This document shows positions 56,181 to 64,000 of a stretch of DNA of 64,000 nucleotides, in pieces. Source of the stretch: Candidatus Moraniibacteriota bacterium (GTDB taxonomy: Bacteria > Patescibacteriota > Minisyncoccia > Moranbacterales > UBA1568); NCBI GenBank assembly GCA_963743885.1, contig CAVURJ010000001.1, positions 438,321-502,320 of the forward strand, read 5' to 3'. The notes beneath the pieces were generated by a model. That model saw nothing but the letters and a program-made list of their open reading frames with translations, ran no database searches and was not told the DNA's origin. The translations under genes and the position numbers were made by a program. Positions within the stretch are counted from its first letter, which is position 1; each line of letters opens with the position of its first letter.

Positions 56181-56200
56181 CTTGCCTACCGGCAGGCAGG
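56181..56200. repeat. 20-nt palindrome CTTGCCTACCGGCAGGCAGG (reverse-orientation member of the family) embedded in a longer dyad CGAGTAAA...TTTACTCG
   Basis: 19/20 match to the reverse complement of 31461-31480. Confidence 0.7.
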
Positions 56201-56322
56201 GCTTTACTCGCGCCAAGGAGGAGAACGCCGGAGTGATATTTCGTCAGAAGACGAAATCGCGAGGCGCTGCTCAGACAAGCCTTTGTGTCGACAAAAGCTT
56301 AGTCGAGGGAGACTCCTGCTCG

Positions 56323-56352
56323 CCTCGATTCGAGTCGAAGCGGGCCGAGCGC
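56323..56352. repeat. 30-nt element CCTCGATTCGAGTCGAAGCGGGCCGAGCGC, identical to 31510-31539, ending in the Arg-tRNA acceptor 3' sequence
   Basis: Exact 30/30 match between the trailers of tRNA-Arg(TCG) and tRNA-Arg(CCG). Confidence 0.8.
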
Positions 56353-56412
56353 GCAAAGTAAGCGAAGAAAAAAAGACTTCCCCGCATAGGGAAGTCTTTT
56401 TTGTAAACGATG

Positions 56413-56485
56413 TGCGCCCGGCAAGAATCGGACTTACGACCTTCTGGACCGCAACCAGACGCTCTATCCACTGAGCTACGGGCGC
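56413..56485 (-). tRNA. tRNA-Arg (anticodon GCG as read from the sequence)
   Basis: Reverse complement folds: acceptor GCGCCCG/CGGGCGC; D-arm TAGCTCAGTGGATAGAGCG; anticodon stem-loop TCTGG-TTGCGGT-CCAGA; T-arm GTAAGTCCGATTCTTGC. Confidence 0.75.
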
Positions 56486-56583
56486 ATTTAACAAAAAACT
56501 CACGACTTACGATTTACGACAAACAACGGTAAAACAGGTATTTTTCTGGTGTTGTGAGTCGTTCGTCGTTCGTCGTCAGTCAA

Positions 56584-57144
56584 TTAAATATGCAGCAATT
56601 TCTCCAATGTGTCAACTAGGCCTGGCTCGTGGATATCTTCCGGTATGGCTCGCGCGAGCAATTGCCGGAGCGATTCAGTATCGACAGTCATGATAGGAAT
56701 GTGGGCATATGGAACGAGCTTTCCGGTCGTTTTGATGCTAAGCAGTCCCTCGAAGGGCGGTTCGGTATAGATATGAAATGATTCGATGGTCCCAAGTTCG
56801 TAGAAGCTGTTTCCGGCGGCGATACCCTTAGTAGTGATGTGGAAGTCAAGTATCTGTTGACTGCGGTGCATGAGAAGATATCCGACGACGCCGATGAGTA
56901 TGAAAACAATCGCCATGAGTGGGCTATTGGTATAGAGAGCATAGCTGATGATGGCGATCAAGAGTACCGTGACGATAATTTTCGCGCGAGGTCCGAGTTC
57001 GAGCGGCTCGTGCTCTGGGGCTTGCCAGGAAAGGATGGCGTCGCCGTACTGTTTTGGGAGAGACGACGCAGCGGCGCGTACTGAAAAACTTGGTTCTTTT
57101 GGAACCTGTTTAGGGTGGTTGAGGGAAGGGTGGTGGACGGACAT
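56584..57144 (-). CDS. membrane hypothetical protein
   Basis: 186 aa with two central TM helices. Confidence 0.5.
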   Translation of the reverse strand: MSVHHPSLNHPKQVPKEPSFSVRAAASSLPKQYGDAILSWQAPEHEPLELGPRAKIIVTVLLIAIISYALYTNSPLMAIVFILIGVVGYLLMHRSQQILDFHITTKGIAAGNSFYELGTIESFHIYTEPPFEGLLSIKTTGKLVPYAHIPIMTVDTESLRQLLARAIPEDIHEPGLVDTLEKLLHI

Positions 57145-57274
57145 GGTTTTTTATCAAATTCTTTTGTTATGATAGCACGATGTTTGATTCTGCGATACAA
57201 GGTATGTATTGATGCAAATTTGGAATACTGATACAGTGTTTCCGTGAGCCTCTCTCGTTTATGAAGAGGTTTTA

Positions 57275-57334
57275 GGAAGCGTGGCCCCTTAGCCCAGGAC
57301 CAGTCTGCCTTGGGCGGGGAGTGGTTGAAAGCAA
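57275..57334 (+). repeat. pseudo 5' copy of tRNA-Ser(TGA): GGAAGCGTGGCC, a 31-nt palindromic insert, then GGAGTGGTTGAAAGCAA
   Basis: The first 12 nt are identical to the real tRNA 5' end at 57401; the insert is related to the one in the tRNA-Ser(GCT) pseudo-copy at 58568-58596. Confidence 0.6.
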
Positions 57335-57400
57335 TGGTTTTGCCGTCGCCCTTGGCGGGGTCCCGCTCAAGCGGGAAAAACTGTGCTATCTTGTTAAAGT

Positions 57401-57490
57401 GGAAGCGTGGCCGAGTGGTTGAAGGCAACAGTCTTGAAAACTGTCATACCCGAAAGGGTATCGTGAGTTCGAATCTCACCGCTTCCGCCA
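57401..57490 (+). tRNA. tRNA-Ser (anticodon TGA), long variable arm, CCA encoded
   Basis: GGAAGCG acceptor; anticodon loop CTTGAAA; variable arm CATACCCGAAAGGGTATC; T-arm GTGAGTTCGAATCTCAC; CGCTTCC-G-CCA. Confidence 0.85.
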
Positions 57491-57706
57491 GAAAAATAAT
57501 CCAGCCTTGTTGGTGTTTGGGACAAATGTCGAGAGTCTCTTGTTTGATGATGAGGGAGTGTTGTTTGGTTAATCCTGCATTAGTTACCCCTCTCCCTTGG
57601 CAATTTTGTGATTTTGTGGTATCATACTTTGTTCTCGTTGGGAGTTCTTTAGTGGCCAGCTGGAGCATGGTATCCGTTTGTTTGAGGTCTGTTCATAGGA
57701 GGAAAG

Positions 57707-57907
57707 GTGATGACTGTACGGGAAACCAGTCCAGGGACGTTCTATTGCGGCATATGCAGCAGGATCGTTTCTCCGCAGCACGACTGTCGCCCTGGAACCA
57801 CGCATAAGGGGTTTGATCATGGAAGTTCAGGGGTAGACAAATGCAGGAATTGCGGGGCCGTTGTTGGTCTCGGTTGCCAGCGTTGCCGCTATTGCGGGAA
57901 TACATGA
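57707..57907 (+). CDS. small Cys-rich (double CxxC) protein, 66 aa
   Basis: AGGAGG 7 nt upstream of the ATG; motifs CGICS...HDC and CRNCG...CQRCRYCG. Confidence 0.5.
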   Translation: MMTVRETSPGTFYCGICSRIVSPQHDCRPGTTHKGFDHGSSGVDKCRNCGAVVGLGCQRCRYCGNT

Positions 57908-58137
57908 GGCTATGCAATGCATTGGCCAAAGATGAGTGCGGAATCGTACTCATCTTTTTTTGTGTCCGCATAAAAAGATTTGCTTTTTTGGCTGTTTTGT
58001 GCTAGTTTGGAATCGTTGTAAGTTTTTCTCTCTGGAGTTTCGCTGACCGCGGAAGGAGTTGCCAAGCTCGGACCAGTCAAGCAGTGCCAGGTAAGGAGAA
58101 GGTCACCTTACACGGTAAATCAAGTTAGCAGTTCGAT

Positions 58138-58446
58138 ATGGCAACAAAGCTGTACGTCGGAGGCGTCGCTTACGCGTCGACCGAAGACACACTCCGCGAT
58201 GCGTTCGCGCAGGCCGGTAGCGTCGTTTCTGCCAAGATCATCATCGACAAGATGACAGGCCGCTCACGCGGTTTCGCCTTCGTCGAGATGACCACAGAGG
58301 AAGATGCCCAGAAGGCAATCGACATGTGGAATGGCAAGGAACTCGACGGCCGCACGCTGACCGTCAATGAAGCTCGCCCGCTCGAGGATCGTCCTCCGCG
58401 CCAGGGTGGCTACAACAACGGTGGTCAGGGTGGCAATCGTTGGTAG
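58138..58446 (+). CDS. RRM-domain RNA-binding protein with a Gly-rich tail
   Basis: RNP-2 KLYVGG and RNP-1 RGFAFVEM; C-terminal RQGGYNNGGQGGNRW; terminator at 58461-58489. Confidence 0.85.
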   Translation: MATKLYVGGVAYASTEDTLRDAFAQAGSVVSAKIIIDKMTGRSRGFAFVEMTTEEDAQKAIDMWNGKELDGRTLTVNEARPLEDRPPRQGGYNNGGQGGNRW

Positions 58447-58555
58447 TATTTGGCAAAAAAGCAGTCCCGCAAGGGACTGCTTTTGTTTTGGTGAGGATGG
58501 ATCGGATTCCTTGATTTCGATAAAAAAAGCTGATAGCATGAAGCGTATGCATATT

Positions 58556-58609
58556 GGAAAGGTGGCCCCAGCCCAAGGCTGGTCCGTCTTGGGCGGAGAG
58601 TGGCTGAAG
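58556..58609 (+). repeat. pseudo 5' copy of tRNA-Ser(GCT): GGAAAGGTGGCC, a 29-nt palindromic insert, then AGAGTGGCTGAAG
   Basis: The first 12 nt are identical to the real tRNA at 58882; overlaps the start region of the GIY-YIG gene. Confidence 0.6.
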
Positions 58610-58617
58610 TACGGCTT

Positions 58618-58878
58618 ATGTATTACGTCTACATACTCTGGAGCGAGAGAAATGGGCGATTGTATAAAGGCGTGACAAATGACCTCAAAAGAAGATTGAA
58701 GGAGCATAATGGTGGATCAGTGCCATTTACAAAAAGCCTTATTCCGTGGAAACTGATATATTATGAGGTGTTTTCTGAAAAAGAAGATGCAACAAGGGAG
58801 GAGAAGTTTTTGAAGAGCGGAAAAGGACGAGAGCGAATTCAATGGTTATTGAGAGGTGTTTTGGAAAAATTTGGATAG
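58618..58878 (+). CDS. GIY-YIG nuclease superfamily protein (YhbQ/UPF0213-like); in-frame GTG at 58600 also possible
   Basis: GIY-YIG core MYYVYILWSERNGRLYKGVTNDLKRRLKEHN; stop 3 nt upstream of tRNA-Ser(GCT). Confidence 0.75.
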   Translation: MYYVYILWSERNGRLYKGVTNDLKRRLKEHNGGSVPFTKSLIPWKLIYYEVFSEKEDATREEKFLKSGKGRERIQWLLRGVLEKFG

Positions 58879-58881
58879 TTT

Positions 58882-58972
58882 GGAAAGGTGGCCGAGCGGC
58901 TGAAGGCGGCGGATTGCTAATCCGTTATAGGGGGTTAAACCCCTATCGAGGGTTCGAATCCCTCCCTTTCCG
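58882..58972 (+). tRNA. tRNA-Ser (anticodon GCT), long variable arm
   Basis: Acceptor GGAAAGG/CCTTTCC; anticodon loop TTGCTAA; variable arm TATAGGGGGTTAAACCCCTATCG; T-arm GAGGGTTCGAATCCCTC; discriminator G. Confidence 0.85.
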
Positions 58973-59295
58973 CAGTGAACGGAGTGAACGAAGAAAAGGA
59001 GGAAGCCAACTGCTTGGCTTCCGAGAGGGATGAGAAAGACGGAGCGATGTTTCGCGAGCACGCGAAACCGCGAGTCGGGGTCGCGGAAATGTACGAGCGT
59101 CGGCGAGTACATTATCTGTGACCGAATCCTTTTTTGAACCGAAAGAATACAGGACCCCTGATGGGGTCCTGTATTCTTTTTGGTATGGGAATGGAAGGGA
59201 AGGATTCGAACGGGCAGGAACGATTCGCCAGCTGGCGGAGAAACTGGCGAGCGTCGATGGATGCGGGCGATCCTTCAAAAAAAGTAAGCGGGTAT

Positions 59296-60018
59296 TCAGC
59301 GAGCGATCACGATGCCGAAGACGGAGCGGGCGCCGGCCTTCCTGAGGACCTTGGCGCATTCTTCGAGTGTGGCGCCGGTCGTTGCGACATCGTCGATGAG
59401 CCAGACATTCTTATTCAGGATGTCTTTTTTCTTGCCTTGAGCGATGATGAAGGCGTCTTTCAGGTTGCGGAGACGTTTGGCGCGGGAGTCGGTCTTCATC
59501 TGCGGCCGGGTGTGGCGCTGTCTCAGGAGTAGATCTTCCGGTATCGGGATATCGAGTCCGGGTGCGAGGCAGTCGGCGAGATGGTGAGCGATGATGGTGG
59601 ATTGGTTGAAACCACGGAAGCGCAGGCGGCGGGGATGGAGCGGGATGGGGATGATGAGATCTGGTAGGAGGAGGCCGTTCCTATCGATGGCGTCGGCGAG
59701 GATATCGGTGAGCGGGAGAGCTGCGTCAGGCAGGAAGCGGTATTTGCACGTATGGATAGCGCGGGAGACGGCCGGGACGCGGTAGTAGGTCGCGGCGAAG
59801 AGTCCGGAGAGCGCGTGTTTTTCCGAACATGGGAGGCAGGTTTCTCCTGAAGGCGTGATGCGTTTCTGGCAGCTCGGGCAGCGCTGCTCGAGACGGAGCG
59901 GTATGCGTCTGCGGCAATTGTTGCAGATCCATGTGCCGGATGCTCCGCAGCCGAAGCAGAGGATAGGGAAGCAGAGATCGGCGATACGCTGGATGAGAGT
60001 GTGGAATCCGATAGACAT
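59296..60018 (-). CDS. comFC: ComF-family protein (ComFC phosphoribosyltransferase-like competence protein)
   Basis: N-terminal double CxxC zinc finger (CFGCG...CNNCRRR...CPSCQKR); C-terminal PRTase motif VWLIDDVATTGATL. Confidence 0.85.
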   Translation of the reverse strand: MSIGFHTLIQRIADLCFPILCFGCGASGTWICNNCRRRIPLRLEQRCPSCQKRITPSGETCLPCSEKHALSGLFAATYYRVPAVSRAIHTCKYRFLPDAALPLTDILADAIDRNGLLLPDLIIPIPLHPRRLRFRGFNQSTIIAHHLADCLAPGLDIPIPEDLLLRQRHTRPQMKTDSRAKRLRNLKDAFIIAQGKKKDILNKNVWLIDDVATTGATLEECAKVLRKAGARSVFGIVIAR

Positions 60019-60115
60019 AGTGTCTTTCTTCGTACGGAGGACTTTGAATTTCTCCGTACGCTATGATATAGTAGAGCATATCAGGAGGGTAACATCGGAC
60101 ACAAATACACAGGCC

Positions 60116-61198
60116 ATGTTCGGATTCAAGAAACCGCATTTTCTCGGCATCGATTTCGGGACGTCTTCTATCAAGGCGGTCGAACTTTCGGTTGTCGATG
60201 GTAAGCTCGTGCTTTCAAATTATGCTATTACCGACCTTGCCGTATTGGAACAGGGGAAGCTTTCTGCTCCCGGGAGATCGTTTGATGAGGAGGTGCTGCT
60301 GTATCTGCGGGCGTTGCTTGCTAAAATGAAACCAGAGAGTAAGCGTGGATATGTCGCTATGCCCGCTTTTATCGGTCTTATTTCGCTTATCGAGTTTCCA
60401 GAAATGGAAGAGAATGAGCTACAAGAGGCTATCAAGTATGAGGCGCACAAGTATATTCCGTCGCCGCTCGATGAAGTAGCGGTCAGTTGGGAAGTTATCG
60501 GCAAGCATCTGGATGAGAAGGATGGGAAGCAGAAGATGGAAGTGCTTCTCGTAGCGGCGCTCAACAAGGAAGTCAGTCGTTACGAACGTTATATCGAATC
60601 AGCCAGACTTGATCTTGCCTTTCTCGAGCTCGAGACATTCTCTCTTGTTAGGGCACTGGTCGGCAAGCAGAACGGTCTTCGTATACTCATCGATATCGGA
60701 GCGCGCGCGACCAACCTCATCCTTATCAAGGATGGCGTTGTCCGGGCAAGCCGCAATCTCGATGTTGGCGGGCGTGATGTGACGCGCACGATCATGGAAA
60801 GCCTGGATATAACGCAGGAGCGTGCTGAAGCTCTCAAGAAGAGTGGAAAGGATTTTCTTAATAATCCGGAATCGGCCCTCATGTTTCCGTCGCTCGATAT
60901 GATTTCCGGCGAGGCTATGCGCATGATATCCGCTCATAAGGCTAGGCACCCGGACGATCATTTGGAGGAAATCGTTCTTTCAGGCGGCACTTCTAAGATG
61001 GTCGGCTTGAAGGAGCGTTATGCACAATCGATTGGTGTTCCGGTATCGATTGGTAATCCATGGGAACATATCGAGTATCCGCCAGAGCTTGCTCCGGCGA
61101 TCGGGCGTCTCGGAGGCGAGTTTTCGGTAGCTCTCGGTCTTGCGCTCTCAGGTGCTGACGGAGTTTTGAAGGAACCTGGGAGATATGGAAACACGTAA
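60116..61198 (+). CDS. pilM: type IV pilus assembly protein PilM (actin-like ATPase fold)
   Basis: MFGFKKPHFLGIDFGTSSIKAVEL...; 360 aa; the ORF-track N-terminal extension is rejected. Confidence 0.85.
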   Translation: MFGFKKPHFLGIDFGTSSIKAVELSVVDGKLVLSNYAITDLAVLEQGKLSAPGRSFDEEVLLYLRALLAKMKPESKRGYVAMPAFIGLISLIEFPEMEENELQEAIKYEAHKYIPSPLDEVAVSWEVIGKHLDEKDGKQKMEVLLVAALNKEVSRYERYIESARLDLAFLELETFSLVRALVGKQNGLRILIDIGARATNLILIKDGVVRASRNLDVGGRDVTRTIMESLDITQERAEALKKSGKDFLNNPESALMFPSLDMISGEAMRMISAHKARHPDDHLEEIVLSGGTSKMVGLKERYAQSIGVPVSIGNPWEHIEYPPELAPAIGRLGGEFSVALGLALSGADGVLKEPGRYGNT

Positions 61199-61218
61199 GT
61201 CATATAAATAATAAAGCA

Positions 61219-61788
61219 ATGGACGGAATAAATCTTTTTCAGGCCGCGCACGAGCGCAAGGGCGCTGGTGCTCCGAAATCTTTTCTTGATAAGGGGTTCG
61301 TGATAGCTGCTACTATATTTTTTTCAGTGGCAGCCGTCTGGGGAGGGCTTTTGCTGTATACCAACTCGGTTGATGGGAAAATAAATGCTATCAGTGCTTC
61401 CGTGCAGACGGGGCTTGGATCGATATCAGGGAAAAGCGCTGACCGTGTCGGTGATTTTTCCGACCGCCTTTCTTTGATGGAAGCAGCGGCAGTGAATGCG
61501 GTTGAGCCGGGGGATGTGTTGGATCAGCTTGGGCGTATGACTGTTCAGGGGGTTGTGTTGACAGATTATGAATACGACGTAGAACATAAGGCGATACGCC
61601 TCGAGGGAGAGACGGATAATTTTCGGTATATAGGGCAACAGATGTTTTCTATGAAGCTCTCTGGATCGTTCTCTAGTATCATCGTCAGCTCTATTGAGAA
61701 GAAGGAGACCGGACTGATCCAATTCGTGCTGAAGGCCGATATCGTTGCTGCGGCCAAGAGTTCAGTTGTTGGCAGTGTTTCGAAATAG
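61219..61788 (+). CDS. pilN: type IV pilus assembly protein PilN-like (bitopic)
   Basis: Single N-terminal TM (VIAATIFFSVAAVWGGLLLY) then a periplasmic domain; position between pilM and pilO. Confidence 0.65.
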   Translation: MDGINLFQAAHERKGAGAPKSFLDKGFVIAATIFFSVAAVWGGLLLYTNSVDGKINAISASVQTGLGSISGKSADRVGDFSDRLSLMEAAAVNAVEPGDVLDQLGRMTVQGVVLTDYEYDVEHKAIRLEGETDNFRYIGQQMFSMKLSGSFSSIIVSSIEKKETGLIQFVLKADIVAAAKSSVVGSVSK

Positions 61789-61806
61789 TTAAATTACATC
61801 TTCATT

Positions 61807-62583
61807 ATGCATCTGAAAGTCTTTATTTTTCCAGCCATGGTGATCGCGGTTTTGGTCATGTCCATCGGCTTCATACGACCAGCTGTAGCCACTTTGAACG
61901 AGAAGAAAATCCAGCTTGCCATGAAGGAGGCCGAGCTCGGAAATCTGGATATGATCGTGGCTAATGTCACCGCATTGAACGGTTTCCTGGATAGTCGGCC
62001 GAAAACAGAGGCATTCGTGCATCAGTATCTTCCGGATGAGCTTGACCAGGAACGTGCCGTTGATACGTTCAATTTTCTCGCGTCCCGATCCGGACTTTCT
62101 ATTACGGATATGGATTTCAAAGATGTAAGCAACGTGATGCCTGTCGTGGCACCAGCTGAGGAACCGCTGGATGCCGGGGCGGTGGTGTCAGTGTTTTCTC
62201 GTCCGGTTGTCAGAAAATACACGGCGACGGTGACGGTGCGCGGATCATATGAGAGCATCCGGGCTTTTTTCGATCGAGTCGCCCACTCTGATAGGCTTAA
62301 GGAGGTTTCTTTGCTGGAAATTAAGCGTGATGAAGATCAATCCGAAGAGGGAGTCGGTGGAGATACCGACGTGGATGAGAGCACACAGGCATTGCTCGGA
62401 ACATTCTCTGCGGAGTTCAGTTATTTTCCACAGAGGCCGGTCGTGTCCGGTGTTTCGACCCCGGCATTCCAGAAATCGATGTTTGATACGACAGTCGCTG
62501 ACAATGCTGCAAGCATTGTGTCGGATCCTATACCGCAGCTTGACGTATCGTTGGCTGGGCGCGCCAATCCTTTTCAGCGGTGA
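61807..62583 (+). CDS. pilO: type IV pilus assembly protein PilO-like
   Basis: N-terminal TM, coiled-coil segment (NEKKIQLAMKEAELGNLDMIVANV), periplasmic domain; synteny. Confidence 0.6.
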   Translation: MHLKVFIFPAMVIAVLVMSIGFIRPAVATLNEKKIQLAMKEAELGNLDMIVANVTALNGFLDSRPKTEAFVHQYLPDELDQERAVDTFNFLASRSGLSITDMDFKDVSNVMPVVAPAEEPLDAGAVVSVFSRPVVRKYTATVTVRGSYESIRAFFDRVAHSDRLKEVSLLEIKRDEDQSEEGVGGDTDVDESTQALLGTFSAEFSYFPQRPVVSGVSTPAFQKSMFDTTVADNAASIVSDPIPQLDVSLAGRANPFQR

Positions 62584-62605
62584 AAGATAACGAAGAATAT
62601 ACGAT

Positions 62606-64000
62606 ATGTCAGAGGAGATGACCAGATCCAAAAAGGCATCGTTACCTACCTTGCGCGGGTCTTCATCTGCGGCGGCGCATGCCAAGGAGCTCGGCGTGCC
62701 GCTGCTTGAGAGTATGCCGAGGGATATTGACAAGCTGGTTGTTGATATTATCCCGGAGGAAGTGGCGAGAAGGTACGCCATGGTGGCTTTCCGTAAGGAT
62801 GAAAGCTCATTGCATGTCGCCATGGTCGACCCTCAGGATTTTGAGGCGCTCAATATGCTCCGTTTTCTGGCTGAGAAGGAGCATCTTGGCATCGAGGTTT
62901 ATATGGCTTCTCGCGAGATATTCGACGAGATAGCCAAGCTGTATACCGGAACAGATGCTGCCTTAAAAGAAGCGATTTTGTCACTGAAGAAGGATGATGA
63001 TATCGTCGAAGTCAAGGATGTTGCGGGTGGCTCGAAGGAGAGTGTTGCCACGGAACTTTTTCAGGACGCTCCAATCGCTAAATTCGTCGAAGTTATCGTG
63101 AAGCATGCTATAGAGAATCGGGCGAGCGATATTCACATCGAACCGATTGATGGAGGGTATAGGGTCCGGTTTCGCGTCGATGGACTACTCCGCGCCCAGC
63201 TGGTTTTTCCGAGTGAGGTCGGACGAGCGGTCATCTCGCGCATCAAGATCCTTTCCAATCTTAAAATAGACGAGAAACGCAAGCCGCAAGATGGACGGTT
63301 CCATTTTGATGGTGACCGCATCTCTGTTGACCTTCGCGTTTCGAGCTTGCCGGTTATCGATGGGGAGAAGATAGTGATCCGCGTATTGGATAAGGGATCG
63401 AATGTGAGTGATCTGGAGAAATTGGGGCTGTGGGGACGTAATCGGAATATTCTGGAAACCAGGATTCGCGAACCGTTCGGCATCATCCTCATTACTGGTC
63501 CGACTGGGTCAGGAAAATCGACGACGCTGTACGCTTTTCTTCAGATTCTGAATCAGGAGGAGCGCAACATCATTACGCTTGAGGATCCGGTGGAATATTT
63601 CGTCGAAGGGATCAATCAGAGCCAGATCCGTCCGGAAATCGGCTATACGTTCGCAAACGGCCTCCGATCGATCCTGCGTCAGGATCCGAATGTCATCATG
63701 GTTGGTGAAATCCGCGATGATGAGACGGCTGAACTCGCTATCCATGCAGCGCTTACCGGACACCTCGTGCTTTCGACGCTTCATACCAATGATGCGGCCG
63801 GTTCGATTCCAAGACTGGTCGATATGAATATCGAGCCGTTCCTGCTCGCTTCATCGCTGCAGGCCGTAGCGGCTCAGCGTCTGGTGCGACGCATCTGCGA
63901 TCATTGCAAGGAAGTGTTCCCACTGACGAAGCTGCAGGAAGAGCGTTTAGCAGGGATTTTTCAGGAAATAGCGCCGGAAGAAGTGAGGGCGTATAAGCTT
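62606..64000 (+). CDS. pilB: type IV pilus assembly ATPase PilB/GspE family (3' end beyond window)
   Basis: GspE N-terminal domain; Walker A GPTGSGKST; Asp box and His box (LTGHLVLSTLHTNDA); tetracysteine motif CDHCK; open to the window end. Confidence 0.85.
   Translation, partial: MSEEMTRSKKASLPTLRGSSSAAAHAKELGVPLLESMPRDIDKLVVDIIPEEVARRYAMVAFRKDESSLHVAMVDPQDFEALNMLRFLAEKEHLGIEVYMASREIFDEIAKLYTGTDAALKEAILSLKKDDDIVEVKDVAGGSKESVATELFQDAPIAKFVEVIVKHAIENRASDIHIEPIDGGYRVRFRVDGLLRAQLVFPSEVGRAVISRIKILSNLKIDEKRKPQDGRFHFDGDRISVDLRVSSLPVIDGEKIVIRVLDKGSNVSDLEKLGLWGRNRNILETRIREPFGIILITGPTGSGKSTTLYAFLQILNQEERNIITLEDPVEYFVEGINQSQIRPEIGYTFANGLRSILRQDPNVIMVGEIRDDETAELAIHAALTGHLVLSTLHTNDAAGSIPRLVDMNIEPFLLASSLQAVAAQRLVRRICDHCKEVFPLTKLQEERLAGIFQEIAPEEVRAYKL

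Noticed and set aside
1-64000. CRISPR array
   Set aside because: All repeats found are irregularly spaced, mostly 2 copies, palindromic-terminator-like or tRNA-derived; there are no evenly spaced short repeats with unique spacers and no cas genes.

Overview
The window has two parts. Positions 1 to about 16,880 are a low-GC (about 40%) accessory island. The rest is high-GC (about 58-60%) core chromosome from a small-genome bacterium with weak or absent Shine-Dalgarno sites, frequent TTG/GTG starts, a comFC-pilMNO-pilB locus and an RRM-type RNA-binding protein. A Patescibacteria/CPR-like affiliation is possible but unproven.

The island reads as a defence island. It carries:
- a DUF4011-like N-terminal region, an SF1B (Upf1-like) helicase and a C-terminal DUF559/Vsr-type endonuclease fused in one 1,200-aa protein (Hhe-like), in an apparent operon with a membrane-anchored thermonuclease and a polytopic membrane protein;
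- an OLD-family ATPase+TOPRIM nuclease followed at 6-12 nt spacing by two proteins with no recognisable domains, which I rate as the best candidate for an undescribed multi-gene defence system;
- a block of six paralogous proteins, each an N-terminal zinc ribbon plus a TM anchor, with swapped ectodomains (BspA-type LRR, RCC1 beta-propeller, Fibrobacter-succinogenes-major-paralogous domain). This block is bracketed by 58-bp direct repeats, and the second repeat sits exactly at the GC transition.

The core encodes: valS, tsaD (with an in-frame palindrome-rich insertion), recG, lexA with a palindromic operator, an ECF sigma factor, a macA/macB-type efflux system, a frameshifted M23 peptidase, a CDF transporter, VanW, Hsp20, GH1 beta-glucosidase, a processive GT2 glycosyltransferase, a class IV aminotransferase, a PaaX-like regulator flanked by direct repeats, a PIN-domain toxin in a low-GC islet beside tRNA-Glu, and a three-copy terminator/operator/promoter/leader cassette driving unrelated small ORFs.

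Nine tRNAs are present: Arg-TCG, Lys-CTT, Arg-TCT, His-GTG, Glu-TTC, Arg-CCG, Arg-GCG, Ser-TGA, Ser-GCT. Most are flanked by partial self-duplications, tRNA-like pseudo-copies and a dispersed 20-nt palindrome. A GIY-YIG nuclease gene is wedged between a pseudo 5' copy and the intact tRNA-Ser(GCT). No CRISPR array, rRNA, transposase or integrase gene was found. Hand-derived coordinates may be off by 1-2 nt.
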